Below, piece by piece: positions 10,626 to 25,239 of a stretch of DNA of 61,438 nucleotides; position 1 is the first letter of the stretch, and each line of letters begins with the position of its first letter. The notes beneath the pieces were generated by a model, which saw only the letters and a program-made list of their open reading frames with translations, was not told the DNA's origin and searched no databases. The stretch lies in NCBI GenBank assembly GCA_944376945.1, contig CALWEC010000080.1, forward strand, positions 1-61,438, given 5' to 3'. The stretch comes from an uncultured Lachnospiraceae bacterium (GTDB lineage: Bacteria; Bacillota; Clostridia; Lachnospirales; Lachnospiraceae). The position numbers and the translations under genes are program-made.

Positions 10626-11492
10626 ATGAACAGCGTAGCCGTTGTCACCGACAGCAACAGCGGGATCACCCAGGCCCAGGCCCAAGAGCTGGGGGTTCGG
10701 GTTCTTCCCATGCCTTTTTATATCGACGGCGTCATGTACTACGAGGATATCGACCTATCCCAGGAACAGTTCTACCAAAAGCTGGCGTCCGGGGCCAGTA
10801 TTTCCACCTCCCAGCCGGTGGTAGCCAATGTGCTGGATTTGTGGGACGAACTGCTGCAGACCCACAGCCAGGTGGTGCACATCCCCATGTCCAGCGGCCT
10901 CAGCGGTTCCTGTGAAACCGCCATGGCTCTGGCCCAAAAATACCAGGGAAGGGTGGAGGTGGTCAACAACCAGCGGATTTCCGTCACCCAAAAGCAATCG
11001 GTGCTGGAAGCCCTGGAGCTGGCCAAGGCCGGGAAAACCGCCCAGGAAATCAAAAAAATCCTGGAGGACGCCAAGTACGACTCCAGCATTTATATTATGG
11101 TAGATACGCTGTACTATCTGAAAAAGGGAGGGCGGATTACCCCGGCCGCCGCGGCCATCGGCACCTTCCTGAAGCTGAAGCCGGTGCTGCAGATCCAGGG
11201 GGAAAAGCTGGACGCCTTTGCCAAAGCCCGCTCCCTCAAGCAGGCCAAAAGCATTATGATCAAGGCCATCCAGCACGACTTCACCCATCGCTTTGGCACA
11301 GACCTCCAGGGAAGCGGCATGCACCTGCAGATGGCCTACACCGGGGACCGGCAGGAAGCGGAGGCCTTCCGCCAGGAGGTACAGCAGGTGTTCCCGCGCC
11401 AGGAAATCGTGATGGATCCTCTGTCCCTCAGCGTCTCCTGCCACATCGGCCCCGGGGCCTTGGCCCTGGCCTGCACCAAAATCCTGCCGTAG
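10626..11492 (+). CDS. DegV/FakB-family fatty-acid-binding protein
   Basis: VVTDS, STSQP, SSGLSGS, KGGRI, HIGPG; RBS AAAGGAG. Confidence 0.93.
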   Translation: MNSVAVVTDSNSGITQAQAQELGVRVLPMPFYIDGVMYYEDIDLSQEQFYQKLASGASISTSQPVVANVLDLWDELLQTHSQVVHIPMSSGLSGSCETAMALAQKYQGRVEVVNNQRISVTQKQSVLEALELAKAGKTAQEIKKILEDAKYDSSIYIMVDTLYYLKKGGRITPAAAAIGTFLKLKPVLQIQGEKLDAFAKARSLKQAKSIMIKAIQHDFTHRFGTDLQGSGMHLQMAYTGDRQEAEAFRQEVQQVFPRQEIVMDPLSLSVSCHIGPGALALACTKILP

Positions 11493-11543
11493 GGACATTT
11501 TCCCCTTGCCAGGCGCACTAAAATCCGAAAGGGCTGCCAGGCG

Positions 11544-12257
11544 TTACGCCTCTGGCAGCCCTTCCGCAAAGGCCAGGAAATCCTCAAAGCTCCCGTGGGG
11601 CCACAGATCCAGATCCCGCTGCTTCCGGTTCAGCAGGAAATCGGTAATCAGGTAATTCCGGATCCCCAGGGAGGAGGAGGAAACCATGTCGTCCTCCACA
11701 TCGTTTCCCACCATCATACAGTCCGCCGGCTCCTTGCCCAGGACTGCCAGCAGCTCCTCAAAGTACGCTGGGTTTGGCTTGCAGCGCCGGCTGTTTTCAT
11801 AGGTGGTAATATAGGAAAAATCCTCCGGCGCGATGCCGGCCCACTGGATCCGGGGCCACACCGCCGCCTGGGGGAAAACCGGGTTGGTAGCCAGTACCAG
11901 CTGGTAGCCTTTGGCCCGCAGCAGGTCTACGGCCCGGCGGGCGTTTCCCCGGTTCTGGGACAGGCTGCTGAGCCTGCGGTAATCCGTTTTGTAATACGTG
12001 AGAAATTCCGGCTCCCGCCGGCGGATGTCCGCCTCCGTCCGCTCCGCGAATACTTTCCAGAACATGTCTTCATTGGTAAGCTCCGAGGTGTTTTGGATCT
12101 GGGCCATGGTGGCTTCCACCAGGGCTCCGGCAAAAGCCTGCCGGTCAAAGCCGGGGGGAGTGAACCGCTGGGCCAGCTCCCCCATATACTGCTTGATAAA
12201 CAAATTTTGATCCATAGGAAGAAGGGTTCCATCCAGATCAAACAGAATGGTATCCAT
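11544..12257 (-). CDS. HAD-superfamily hydrolase
   Basis: FDLDGTLL, ATNP, CKP, VGNDVEDD. Confidence 0.9.
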   Translation of the reverse strand: MDTILFDLDGTLLPMDQNLFIKQYMGELAQRFTPPGFDRQAFAGALVEATMAQIQNTSELTNEDMFWKVFAERTEADIRRREPEFLTYYKTDYRRLSSLSQNRGNARRAVDLLRAKGYQLVLATNPVFPQAAVWPRIQWAGIAPEDFSYITTYENSRRCKPNPAYFEELLAVLGKEPADCMMVGNDVEDDMVSSSSLGIRNYLITDFLLNRKQRDLDLWPHGSFEDFLAFAEGLPEA

Positions 12258-12258
12258 C

Positions 12259-13989
12259 TCAGATGTTCTCCACCAGTTCCTTCAGCGCCTTCTCAATGGC
12301 CTGGGTTTTGGCCTGGGCATCCTCCAGGGAAGTCCCCCGGACGCCGTAATAAAACTTGATCTTCGGCTCGGTGCCGGACGGGCGCACGCAACACCAGCTG
12401 TCCTCGTTCATCTCAAAATACAGCACATTGGATTTAGGCAGGCCCGTGGCCCGGGTTTCCCCGGTGCGGTAGTCCTGGATTTGGCCGGCCTGGTAGTCCC
12501 GGAAGGCCTCCACCGTGTAGGCGCCGATGGCCCGGGGCGGTTCCGCCCGCAGGGTATCCATAATTTTCTGGATTTTTTCCTTTCCGTCCAATCCCTTCAT
12601 GGTTAGGGAGAAGATGCCGTCCTGGTAGTACCCCACCTCCTGGTACAGCCGGATCATGGCGTCCCACAGGGTCATTCCCTGAGTCCGGTAGTAGGCTGCC
12701 GCCTCGCACAGGGCCATAGTGGCCACAATGGCGTCCTTATCCCGGGCATGGGTGCCGATCAGGCAGCCGTAGCTTTCCTCAAAGCCGAACAGGTAGGTGC
12801 CCTCCCCCGTCTCCTCAAACCGCCGGATCTGCTCGCCAATGTACTTAAAGCCGGTAAGCACCTCAATTTCCCGGACTCCGTACTTTTTGGCGATGGCGTC
12901 CGCCATGTTGGTGGTGACAATGGTCTTGACCAAGGTGCCGTCCGCCGGCAGCCCCTTCTGCTCCTTCCACTGGCCGATCTCATAGTCTGCCAGCAGGCAG
13001 CCGGACATATTGCCGGTAAAGCACTTGTATTCCCCGGTTTGGCTGTCCTTGGCGTAGACGCCCAGACGGTCCGCGTCCGGATCCGTGGCCAGCACCAAAT
13101 CCGCGTCTTTTTCTTTGGCCAGCTTGAGAGCCAGGGCAAAGGCCTCCGCCGCCTCCGGGTTGGGGTAGCTGACCGTGGGGAAGTTGCCGTCCGGCAGCTC
13201 CTGCTCCGGCACCACGTACACGTTGGGGAAGCCGATCTCCCGCAGGATCCGCCGGGCCGGCAGGTTGCCGGTGCCGTGGAGCGGGGTATACACAATCTTC
13301 AGGTCTTTCCCTACCGCACGGATGCAATCCGGGCGTTTGATCTGCTTTTTCAGCTCCGCCATGTAGGCGTCGTCCATCTCCGGACCGATGGTCACAAAAA
13401 GGCCGGCCTCCTCCGCGGCCTTCCGGTCCATGCTCTTTACGGTGGCGTAATCGGTAACGGCCTTTACCTCCGCCAGGATCCCTGTATCGTAAGGAGGGGT
13501 AATCTGGGCTCCGTCCGCCCAGTACACCTTATATCCATTGTATTCCGGCGGGTTATGGCTGGCCGTTATCACAATCCCGGCGGTGCAGCCCAGCTTCCGC
13601 ACGGCAAAGGACAGCTCCGGCGTAGGCCGCAGGCTGTCAAACACATAGGCCTTAATCCCGTTGGCGCAGAGGCAAAGGGCCGCCTCCTGGGCAAACTCCG
13701 GGGACATCCGGCGGGAATCGTGGGCAATGGCCACTCCCTGGTCCTGGGTTCCTTCCTTTAAGATAAAATTGGCCAGGCCTTGGGTGGCTTTCCGCACGGT
13801 GTAGCGGTTCATCCGGTTGGTGCCGGCCCCGATAATGCCCCGCAGCCCTCCGGTGCCAAACTCCAAATCCGCGTAAAACCGTTCTTTAATCTCTGGATCG
13901 TTTCCCTCTATTTCCTCCAGTTCCTTTTTGGTATCCGCGTCAAAATAAGGATTGCTCCGCCATTCCTGATATGCCTCCCGATATCCCAT
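12259..13989 (-). CDS. pgm: Phosphoglucomutase/phosphomannomutase
   Basis: EFGTGGLRG, TASHNP, DPDADR, FEESYG, RPSGTEPKIK. Confidence 0.95.
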   Translation of the reverse strand: MGYREAYQEWRSNPYFDADTKKELEEIEGNDPEIKERFYADLEFGTGGLRGIIGAGTNRMNRYTVRKATQGLANFILKEGTQDQGVAIAHDSRRMSPEFAQEAALCLCANGIKAYVFDSLRPTPELSFAVRKLGCTAGIVITASHNPPEYNGYKVYWADGAQITPPYDTGILAEVKAVTDYATVKSMDRKAAEEAGLFVTIGPEMDDAYMAELKKQIKRPDCIRAVGKDLKIVYTPLHGTGNLPARRILREIGFPNVYVVPEQELPDGNFPTVSYPNPEAAEAFALALKLAKEKDADLVLATDPDADRLGVYAKDSQTGEYKCFTGNMSGCLLADYEIGQWKEQKGLPADGTLVKTIVTTNMADAIAKKYGVREIEVLTGFKYIGEQIRRFEETGEGTYLFGFEESYGCLIGTHARDKDAIVATMALCEAAAYYRTQGMTLWDAMIRLYQEVGYYQDGIFSLTMKGLDGKEKIQKIMDTLRAEPPRAIGAYTVEAFRDYQAGQIQDYRTGETRATGLPKSNVLYFEMNEDSWCCVRPSGTEPKIKFYYGVRGTSLEDAQAKTQAIEKALKELVENI

Positions 13990-14109
13990 ACCGTGTTCCT
14001 CCTTTTATTCCTTAAGCGTCTTCCGCTTAGTTCCAGCGTTTTTATTATAGGGTATTTTTCAGGCCTTTACAAGAAGAATTCCGTAAAAGAGGCAAAAGGA
14101 CCGGCCCTT

Positions 14110-15084
14110 TTACAGCAGGCCCTCCTTCTCCATCGCTTCCCAAAACAGGCGCTGCCGCTCCTTCTGCTGTTCCAGCAGCCGCAGCTTTTCCAGGTTCCGC
14201 AGCGGCATCCAGCTTTTTTTCCGGTTGTAGTAATAATTTACCTGCTTCCAGAATTTTTCCGGGTAGCGCAGGCGGATGCGCAGATACCGTTTTTCCTGGG
14301 GAGGAAGCGGGCGGATTTTTTGGTAACCAGCCAGCATAGCCTCTCCCAGCTGCCGGCTCCATCCATGCTTTTCCATGGCTTTGCGGAAAAACAGATACAA
14401 ATCTCCTGCCGGGACGCCCCAGCCCATATGGGAAAAATCCACCACCGCCATCTGGCGGCCCTGGATCAGCAGGTGGTGATGGGTGTAATCCCCATGGCAG
14501 AGAAGCGGCTCCCCCAAATCCTCCTGAGCCGCCAGTTCCACTGCCTGCTGGGCCTCGGCGTAATACTGGGGAAAGCCGCCTAGGATCTGCAGTTCCAGCT
14601 CCGATTTATGCCGTTTTTTCCGAATATAATTGCGGGTCCGCAAAAGCTCCCGGGTGTGGCGGGCCAGTTCCTCCCGCCAGTCCCAGGGCTTTTCTTCCTC
14701 CCGCTCCGCCGTACGGGAAATTTCCTCCAGCCCCCGGTGGAGCCGGGCCAGCACTTCCGTCCCCCACAGGATCTCCGCAGGCTCCGCCATAGAACACTCC
14801 CGACCTCCCGGCCAGCGCTTCACCGCGTAGGCCCGCTGGTCGCTGCCTTCCGTCCGGAGATTCCCCTCTTTATTTTCCACATAGGCGTCCACCGGGATTC
14901 CCGTCTGCCGCTCCAGCTGCCGGACAATCTGATTCTCCCAGCGCAGCCTTTTTTCTGTGCTTCCGGTTTCCCGGAGATGGAAAAGGCCTTCCTTCGTCTC
15001 GCAAAGGAAGGCCCCGCGAACCCGGCTGACGCTCTCAATCGCAAAGGGATACTGTTCCCACAGTTCCATTTCCCGTTCGTTCAT
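14110..15084 (-). CDS. CotS-family spore coat protein (kinase-like fold)
   Basis: CHGDY, VVDF, DLYLFFRK, YPEKFWK. Confidence 0.85.
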   Translation of the reverse strand: MNEREMELWEQYPFAIESVSRVRGAFLCETKEGLFHLRETGSTEKRLRWENQIVRQLERQTGIPVDAYVENKEGNLRTEGSDQRAYAVKRWPGGRECSMAEPAEILWGTEVLARLHRGLEEISRTAEREEEKPWDWREELARHTRELLRTRNYIRKKRHKSELELQILGGFPQYYAEAQQAVELAAQEDLGEPLLCHGDYTHHHLLIQGRQMAVVDFSHMGWGVPAGDLYLFFRKAMEKHGWSRQLGEAMLAGYQKIRPLPPQEKRYLRIRLRYPEKFWKQVNYYYNRKKSWMPLRNLEKLRLLEQQKERQRLFWEAMEKEGLL

Positions 15085-15119
15085 ACCTTACCTCCCCGGC
15101 CCTCCAACTGTGCCATTTC

Positions 15120-15149
15120 ATTGTATGAACTCCGGGCTTTCTTTATTCA
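15120..15149 (-). promoter_or_regulatory. Mother-cell sporulation promoter (sigmaE-like)
   Basis: Minus strand GAATA-N16-CATACAAT upstream of the cotS-like gene. Confidence 0.6.
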
Positions 15150-15225
15150 TTTCTCCCGCATAGGGCGTCACCTGCGCAGGCCGCCCGTTGTGCGGGCCTC
15201 CCTGTGGGGCGGCCGTCCCAGGCGG

Positions 15226-16725
15226 CTACCGGATCCGCCCGTACACCCAGGCCAGCTGCCGCAGGCGCTCCGCCAGTTCTCCGGTCAGCTGTCCCGGACG
15301 CAGCCTCCACTGCCAGTTTCCCTGGGAACGGCCAGGGAAATTCATGCGGGCTTCCTTGCCCAGGCCCAGCAGGTCCTGGGCCTGGAAAATGGCCGCGTCC
15401 GCCACGCTGGCGTAGGCCGCCCGCAGAAAGGCCTCCGGCAGCTCCCGCCGCTCCGAAACCCCCAGGTAAGCCTGCATGTACGCCAGTTCTTCCTGGGACC
15501 GGTCCTCCAGGTATCCGGCCAAGGTTTCGTTGTCATGGGTCCCTCCGTAGACCACGCAGTTGGCCTGGTAGTGGTGGGGCAGATGGCCGTTGTCCGGCCC
15601 TGCGTCAAAGGCAAACTCCAGCACCTTCATGTTGGGATAGCCGGTTTCCTCCAGCAGCTGCCGCACCTCCGGCAGGAACACCCCCAGATCCTCCGCCACA
15701 ATGGCCGTCTGGCCGGCGGCCGCCTCCAGGGCGTCCGTCAACCGCTTTCCAGGACCGGGAAAATACGTCCCGCCTCGGGCGTCCTCCGCCTCCGCCGGCA
15801 CCGAATAATACCGGGCCAGGCCGATAAAATGGTCGATCCGCACCACGTCAAAAAGCTGGGCCGCCAGCTCCATCCGCCGCCGCCACCAGGCATAGCCGCC
15901 CCTTTCCATACGCTCCCAATCGTAGAGCGGGTTCCCCCAAAGCTGCCCCAGCTCCGTAAAGGCGTCCGGCGGGACCCCCGCCACCGCCCGGGGCCGCCGC
16001 TGCGGATCCAGCTGGTAGTTCTCCGGGTAAGCCCATACGTCCGCGCTGTCAAAGGCCGAGTAGATGGGCATATCCCCCATCAGCCGGATCCCTTTGCCGT
16101 TGGCGTAGGCCTTCAGCCCTTGCCACTGGCGGAAAAACTGGAACTGGCAGAATTCCTGCAGGTGGATCTCCTCCCGCCACTGGTTCCGGACCTCCTCCAG
16201 GGCCGCCTCCTCCCGGAAGCGCAGCGGCTCCGGCCACTGGCTCCAGGGCTTTCCTTCCTCCTGCACCTTCAGGGCCATATACAGGCAGAAATCCGGCAGC
16301 CAATCCGCGTTTTCCTGGCGGAACCGCTCCCATTCCTCCCGAAGCGCCCCGCCGGGGCGGAAACGGCCCGCCGCCATCCGCAGCAGCGTCCAGCGGTTCT
16401 GATACAGGAGGCCGTAATCCACCTGATCCAGACGCCCTCCCCACTCCAGCCCTTCCACCTCCGGGCGCTGAAGCAGCCCTTCTTCCATCAGCTGTTCCAG
16501 ATCCAGCAGATAGGGATTGCCTGCCAGCAAGGACAAAGTTTGATAGGGGCTGTCCCCGTAGCCGGTGGGCCCCACCGGCAGCACCTGCCAATACCGCTGG
16601 CCCGCCGCTGCCAAAAAGTCTACAAAATCCCGGGCCTCCCGCCCCAGGGTCCCCACCCCGTAGGGCGAGGGCAAAGAAAAAATAGGGAGCAAGATCCCTG
16701 CCCCGCGCTCCAATCGCTGCGCCAT
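15226..16725 (-). CDS. malQ: 4-alpha-glucanotransferase (GH77)
   Basis: WQVLP, GDSPY, GVPPDAF, GQLWGNPLY, RIDHF, AEDLG, GTHDN. Confidence 0.96.
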   Translation of the reverse strand: MAQRLERGAGILLPIFSLPSPYGVGTLGREARDFVDFLAAAGQRYWQVLPVGPTGYGDSPYQTLSLLAGNPYLLDLEQLMEEGLLQRPEVEGLEWGGRLDQVDYGLLYQNRWTLLRMAAGRFRPGGALREEWERFRQENADWLPDFCLYMALKVQEEGKPWSQWPEPLRFREEAALEEVRNQWREEIHLQEFCQFQFFRQWQGLKAYANGKGIRLMGDMPIYSAFDSADVWAYPENYQLDPQRRPRAVAGVPPDAFTELGQLWGNPLYDWERMERGGYAWWRRRMELAAQLFDVVRIDHFIGLARYYSVPAEAEDARGGTYFPGPGKRLTDALEAAAGQTAIVAEDLGVFLPEVRQLLEETGYPNMKVLEFAFDAGPDNGHLPHHYQANCVVYGGTHDNETLAGYLEDRSQEELAYMQAYLGVSERRELPEAFLRAAYASVADAAIFQAQDLLGLGKEARMNFPGRSQGNWQWRLRPGQLTGELAERLRQLAWVYGRIR

Positions 16726-16774
16726 AAAGACCTCCCGCTTTCACATTTCGGATTCACGCACAAGCCTGGTTCCC

Positions 16775-18259
16775 TTACGCAAAGGGATTCTCTCCCGGAT
16801 ACCGCTCTCCCCGAGGACGGTTGTAGGAAATATCCTCCGGCTTCAGGCCCAGGTAGCGGAAAATCTCATACATGGCTTTTCCGTATTGGCCAAAGGCCAC
16901 GGCCCCATGATGCGGGAAATGGTTTTCCAAAAGGCCATACCGGTAAAAACGCCCCATCTCCCGAACCGCGAAAATGCCAATAGAGCCAAACGAGTGAGGG
17001 GAAACCGGCAGCACCTCGCCCTGGGCCACATAGGCTTTCAGCTGGGTGTCCGCGGTGCTTTGCAGCCGGAACAGGGTAACGGCCCCCGGCACAATCTCCC
17101 CTTCCAGGGTCCCCTGGGTCACCTCCACCGGCAGGGTCCGGGCCATAATCCGCTGGAATTCCATGGAACAGGCGGAAAGCTTCTGGGAAGGCGTGTTGCC
17201 GCAGTGGAAGCCCATAAACAGATCCGTAGGGGCATAGTCAAATTTTCCCTGGATCTGCTCCCGGTACAGGTCTGCCGGCACACTGTTGTTGATATCCAGC
17301 AGGGTCACCGCGTCCTGGCTGACGCAGGCGCCGATGTACTCGCTGAGGGTCCCGTAAATATCCACCTCGCAGGAAACAGGGATCCCCCGTCCGGTAAGGC
17401 GGCTGTTTACGTAGCAGGGCACAAAGCCAAATTGGGTTTGGAAAGCCGGCCAGCACTTGCCGGCTACCGCCACGTATTCCCGGCTTCCTTTGTGCGCCTC
17501 CAGCCAGTCCAGGAGCGTCAGTTCGTACTGGGCCAGCTTGGCCAGAATCTCCGGCCGCCGGTTCCCGGCTCCCAGTTCCTCCTGCATCTGGGCCTGGATC
17601 TCCGGGATCCGCGGGTCATCCTGGTGTTTTTGGAACGCCTCCAGCAGATCCAGCTCCGAATTTTCCTCAATCTCCACGCCCAGCTGGTACAGCGGCGCGA
17701 TGGGGGCGTTGCAGGCCAGGAAATTCAAGGGCCGGGGGCCGAAGCTGATAATCTTTAGGTTGGCCAGCCCCACCAGGGCCCGGGCCACCGGCAGGAATTC
17801 CCGGATCATACCAGCGCACTCCTCCGCGGTCCCTACCGGATATTCCGGCAGATACACCGGCACGCCCCGCAGCTTCAGGTTATAGCTGGCGTTGAGCATC
17901 CCGCAGTAGGCGTCGCCCCGCCCATCGATCAGATCCTGCCCGGTTTCCTCCGCCGCCGCCATAAACAGCACCGGGCCGCCAAATTTCTGGGCCAGCATGG
18001 TCTCCGCGATCTCCGGGCCAAAATTCCCCAGATACACCGCCAGCGCCTGGCAGCCAGCCCGCTTTACGTCCGCCAGGGCCTCCTGCATCTGCTGCTCGCT
18101 TTCCACAATACAGACCGGGCATTCGTACAGCCCCTCTTCGCCATACCGCTTCCGGTATGCCTCCACCAATGCCTTCCGGCGGTTTACCGAAAGGCTCTCT
18201 GGAAAACAGTCCCGGCTTACCGCCACCAAACCAACTTTTACCTGCGGAATGTTTTTCAT
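16775..18259 (-). CDS. L-fucose/L-arabinose isomerase-family protein (clostridial XylA-II-like)
   Basis: AVSRDCFP, GNFGPE, GDAYCG, KCWP, CEVD, FHCGN, FPHHGAV; RBS GAGGAGG before ATG 18259. Confidence 0.8.
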   Translation of the reverse strand: MKNIPQVKVGLVAVSRDCFPESLSVNRRKALVEAYRKRYGEEGLYECPVCIVESEQQMQEALADVKRAGCQALAVYLGNFGPEIAETMLAQKFGGPVLFMAAAEETGQDLIDGRGDAYCGMLNASYNLKLRGVPVYLPEYPVGTAEECAGMIREFLPVARALVGLANLKIISFGPRPLNFLACNAPIAPLYQLGVEIEENSELDLLEAFQKHQDDPRIPEIQAQMQEELGAGNRRPEILAKLAQYELTLLDWLEAHKGSREYVAVAGKCWPAFQTQFGFVPCYVNSRLTGRGIPVSCEVDIYGTLSEYIGACVSQDAVTLLDINNSVPADLYREQIQGKFDYAPTDLFMGFHCGNTPSQKLSACSMEFQRIMARTLPVEVTQGTLEGEIVPGAVTLFRLQSTADTQLKAYVAQGEVLPVSPHSFGSIGIFAVREMGRFYRYGLLENHFPHHGAVAFGQYGKAMYEIFRYLGLKPEDISYNRPRGERYPGENPFA

Positions 18260-18538
18260 ACGGTTCCTCCTCTTTTTCACTTGCGGGAACCAGCCTCTGT
18301 CCTGCTGGTTTCCCGGCATCATTCAAATTCTTTTACTATCTGTCTATTTTAAAAGAATATCCACCGTATGTAAAGAGGGGAATCCGATCCTATCCCTGGC
18401 CTTCCCCCTTGCTTCCGCTAAGATCAAGCTTTTCCGCCCACTTGCATTTTCCGTTTTCCATATGCTACACTATAGCCGTGACCGCGCTTCCCCTGTTTCC
18501 TTGGCGGAGGCGTCAATTTCAGCCAAAAGGAGTCTCCT

Positions 18539-19870
18539 ATGACCTTAACGCTTCCGGAGCCTGTCTCCCAAATTTTATTTCAGCTGACCCAAGCCGGCTT
18601 TGAAGCCTACGCCGGAGGCGGCTGCGTCCGGGACGCCCTGCTGGGCCGCCAGCCGGAGGACTGGGACATTACCACCTCCGCCCGGCCCGAGCAGGTAAAG
18701 GCCCTGTTCCGCCGCACCATTGACACCGGCATCCAGCACGGGACCGTCACCGTTATGATGGGGAAGGAAGGCTTCGAGGTAACCACCTATCGGATCGACG
18801 GGGAGTATCTGGACGGCCGGCATCCCAAGGAGGTTTCCTTCACCCCGCTGCTCTCGGAAGATCTGAGACGCCGGGATTTTACCATCAACGCCATGGCCTA
18901 CCACCCGGACCGGGGCTTGGTAGACCTGTTCGGCGGCGCCCAGGACCTGGCTTCCGGCGTGATCCGGGCCGTGGGCGTACCGGAGGAGCGGTTCCAGGAG
19001 GACGCCCTGCGGATCCTGCGGGCCGTGCGCTTTTCCGCCCAGCTGGGCTTTTCCATTGAGCCGGGGACCTTTCAGGCCATCCAGGCCTTTGCCGGCCGCC
19101 TGCGGCAGATCAGCCGGGAGCGGATCCGCGTGGAACTGGATAAGCTGCTGCGTTCCCCTCACCCGGAAAACTTCCGCCTGCTGTATGAGACAGGCATTAC
19201 CGCCATCCTTTTCCCCCGTTTTGACCAGATGATGGCCCTGCCCCAAAACAACCCGTTCCACTGCTGCACGGTAGGGGAGCATACCCTGCGGATGCTTTCT
19301 TTTGTGGAAGCCGATTCCATCCTCCGCTGGTGTGTTTTGCTCCACGACACCGGGAAAACCGTCACCCACTCCACCGACGCCCAGGGCATCGACCATTTTT
19401 ACGGACACGGGAAAGCCAGCGCGGCTTTCGCCGATGCGTTTCTCCGGGATCTGCGCTTTGACAATGCCACCCGGGAAGAAATCACGGTGCTGACCCGCTG
19501 GCACGACTATTCCTTTGACATGACCAAGGCCAACCTGCGCCGGGCCATCTGCCGGGTGGGGGAGGAGCGTTTCCCCCGGCTGCTGCAAATTGTCCAGGCG
19601 GACACCTTGGCCAAAAGCGCCTATGCCCAACAGCTGCTGCTGCCCAAAATCCAATGCTTGAAAGAGCTGTACCAGGAAGTAAAAAAAGACCAGGACTGCG
19701 TCAGCCTGCGGCGGCTGGCTGTCTCCGGCCGGGATTTGATAGCCGCCGGCATGGAGCCGGGCCCTCAGATGGGCCAGGTATTAAACCAGCTTTTGCAGCT
19801 GGTTTTGGAGCACCCGGAATGGAATACCAAGGAAATCTTGCTCCAAAAGTGGAAGGAATCCTCCTCTTAA
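18539..19870 (+). CDS. cca: CCA-adding tRNA nucleotidyltransferase with HD domain
   Basis: GGCVRD, DWDITT, RRDFTINA, EDALRILRA, LLHDTGK. Confidence 0.94.
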   Translation: MTLTLPEPVSQILFQLTQAGFEAYAGGGCVRDALLGRQPEDWDITTSARPEQVKALFRRTIDTGIQHGTVTVMMGKEGFEVTTYRIDGEYLDGRHPKEVSFTPLLSEDLRRRDFTINAMAYHPDRGLVDLFGGAQDLASGVIRAVGVPEERFQEDALRILRAVRFSAQLGFSIEPGTFQAIQAFAGRLRQISRERIRVELDKLLRSPHPENFRLLYETGITAILFPRFDQMMALPQNNPFHCCTVGEHTLRMLSFVEADSILRWCVLLHDTGKTVTHSTDAQGIDHFYGHGKASAAFADAFLRDLRFDNATREEITVLTRWHDYSFDMTKANLRRAICRVGEERFPRLLQIVQADTLAKSAYAQQLLLPKIQCLKELYQEVKKDQDCVSLRRLAVSGRDLIAAGMEPGPQMGQVLNQLLQLVLEHPEWNTKEILLQKWKESSS

Positions 19871-19996
19871 AATTTGGTACGTTCTGTTACGGGAATTGAA
19901 ATACTTTTCCAATTCCCGTAACATTCCGTTTCTGTTCCTTCTTTTTTCTTTTAAAGCAGTTATAATCAGAATATCTTACGTAAAGGAGTATTCTGT

Positions 19997-20365
19997 TTGC
20001 TGCTAGAACGACTAAAATCGCTCCGCCGGAAAGTGAATCTGAGCCAGCAGGAAATCGCGCAAAAGATTCACATTACCCGGGAAGCGTATTCCATGTACGA
20101 GAACGGGCACCGGCAGCCTCCCTATGAGATTCTCATCGGCCTGGCCCGTTACTATCATGTCAGCGTAGACTATTTGCTGGGAATCACCGATTTCCCTCAG
20201 CCAGTCACAGAAATTACAGAAGAAGAACTCCAGATGCTCAAGCAATTCCGTCTCTTGGACAGCCGGGGAAAGCAGGCCACCTTAACCGTCCTGCAGTTTG
20301 AATACCACCACCAGGTGATGCACCGTGCCGTCTCTTCCGGGCAAAAGAAGCCGGTATCTTCGTAA
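19997..20365 (+). CDS. XRE-family HTH regulator
   Basis: TTG start after AAAGGAG; RLKSLR..SQQEIA..SMYENGHRQP..VSVDYLLG. Confidence 0.9.
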   Translation: MLLERLKSLRRKVNLSQQEIAQKIHITREAYSMYENGHRQPPYEILIGLARYYHVSVDYLLGITDFPQPVTEITEEELQMLKQFRLLDSRGKQATLTVLQFEYHHQVMHRAVSSGQKKPVSS

Positions 20366-20499
20366 GCCTGCAACTTTTGTAACAAATTGTTGCATTCTCA
20401 AGGGTAACGCTCCGTTTACGTATCAATCCGTTGCGTTGTTGGAAAACCTTGCGCTTCCCCGTTATAATCGGATTATCTTGAGTCCAAAGGAGGAGCGCC

Positions 20500-20832
20500 T
20501 TGTCTGAAGAAGGATTCGGCGGCCGCCTGCGAAAGCTGCGCAGGCAGGCTGGATTTACGCAGAAAGCTCTGGCAGCGGAACTCCACACGTCCCGCGGAAA
20601 TATCTCCATGTATGAAAATGGCCACCGGCAGCCGCCTTTTGACCTGTTGATCCGTATGGCGGATTTTTTCCATGTAAACCTGGACTATCTTCTGGGCCGA
20701 AACGATAATCCGGCTCCTGTGCCTCACCTAAGCCGGGAGGAGGCCGCGCTGGTGGACGCCTACCGGCGGGCGGACGCTTCGACCCGCCGGATTCTCCGCA
20801 CTATACTGCGCAACATTCCACGCCAACAATAA
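20500..20832 (+). CDS. XRE-family HTH regulator, paralogue of the upstream gene
   Basis: TTG start after AAAGGAGGAG; RLRKLR..TQKALA..SMYENGHRQP..VNLDYLLG. Confidence 0.9.
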   Translation: MSEEGFGGRLRKLRRQAGFTQKALAAELHTSRGNISMYENGHRQPPFDLLIRMADFFHVNLDYLLGRNDNPAPVPHLSREEAALVDAYRRADASTRRILRTILRNIPRQQ

Positions 20833-20879
20833 GCATACAGAAAAAACAGCCATCCCACGCTGAATGGGAAAGCGCACAA

Positions 20880-20929
20880 GAGAAGAGACAGCGTAGAGGG
20901 CAGGAATGCTCTTTGCGCTGTCTCTTCTC
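20880..20929 (+). terminator. Long hairpin downstream of the XRE pair
   Basis: GAGAAGAGACAGCG...CGCTGTCTCTTCTC, 14-bp perfect outer stem; no strong U-tail. Confidence 0.55.
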
Positions 20930-21053
20930 GGTCTGGTACTCCCAAAAATTTCAGTAGCCATTTCCCGCGGCGAATGCTATAATGTATGCCTGCGGGGCGG
21001 CGGGCTTCTGCGCCCGGCTCCGAATTTTGAGTAAAGGAATGGAGAATCGGTAT

Positions 21054-25132
<4,079 letters not shown>

Positions 25133-25239
25133 GGGCCTATCCAATTCGGAGCTTCCGGAAATCTATCTTCTGGTCCTATCCTAGAATCGTCCGTTGTTTT
25201 CCGCTTTTTTCCGTGCTATACTGGCAGAAAGGAATTCTT

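Noticed and set aside
14608-16983. Long antisense ORFs (791 aa here; also 22030-24030, 51555-53417, 8610-10262)
   Set aside because: Shadow frames of high-GC genes on the opposite strand, with no motifs or RBS
19997-20832. Prophage immunity region
   Set aside because: Genes are co-directional, and no integrase or phage genes are nearby
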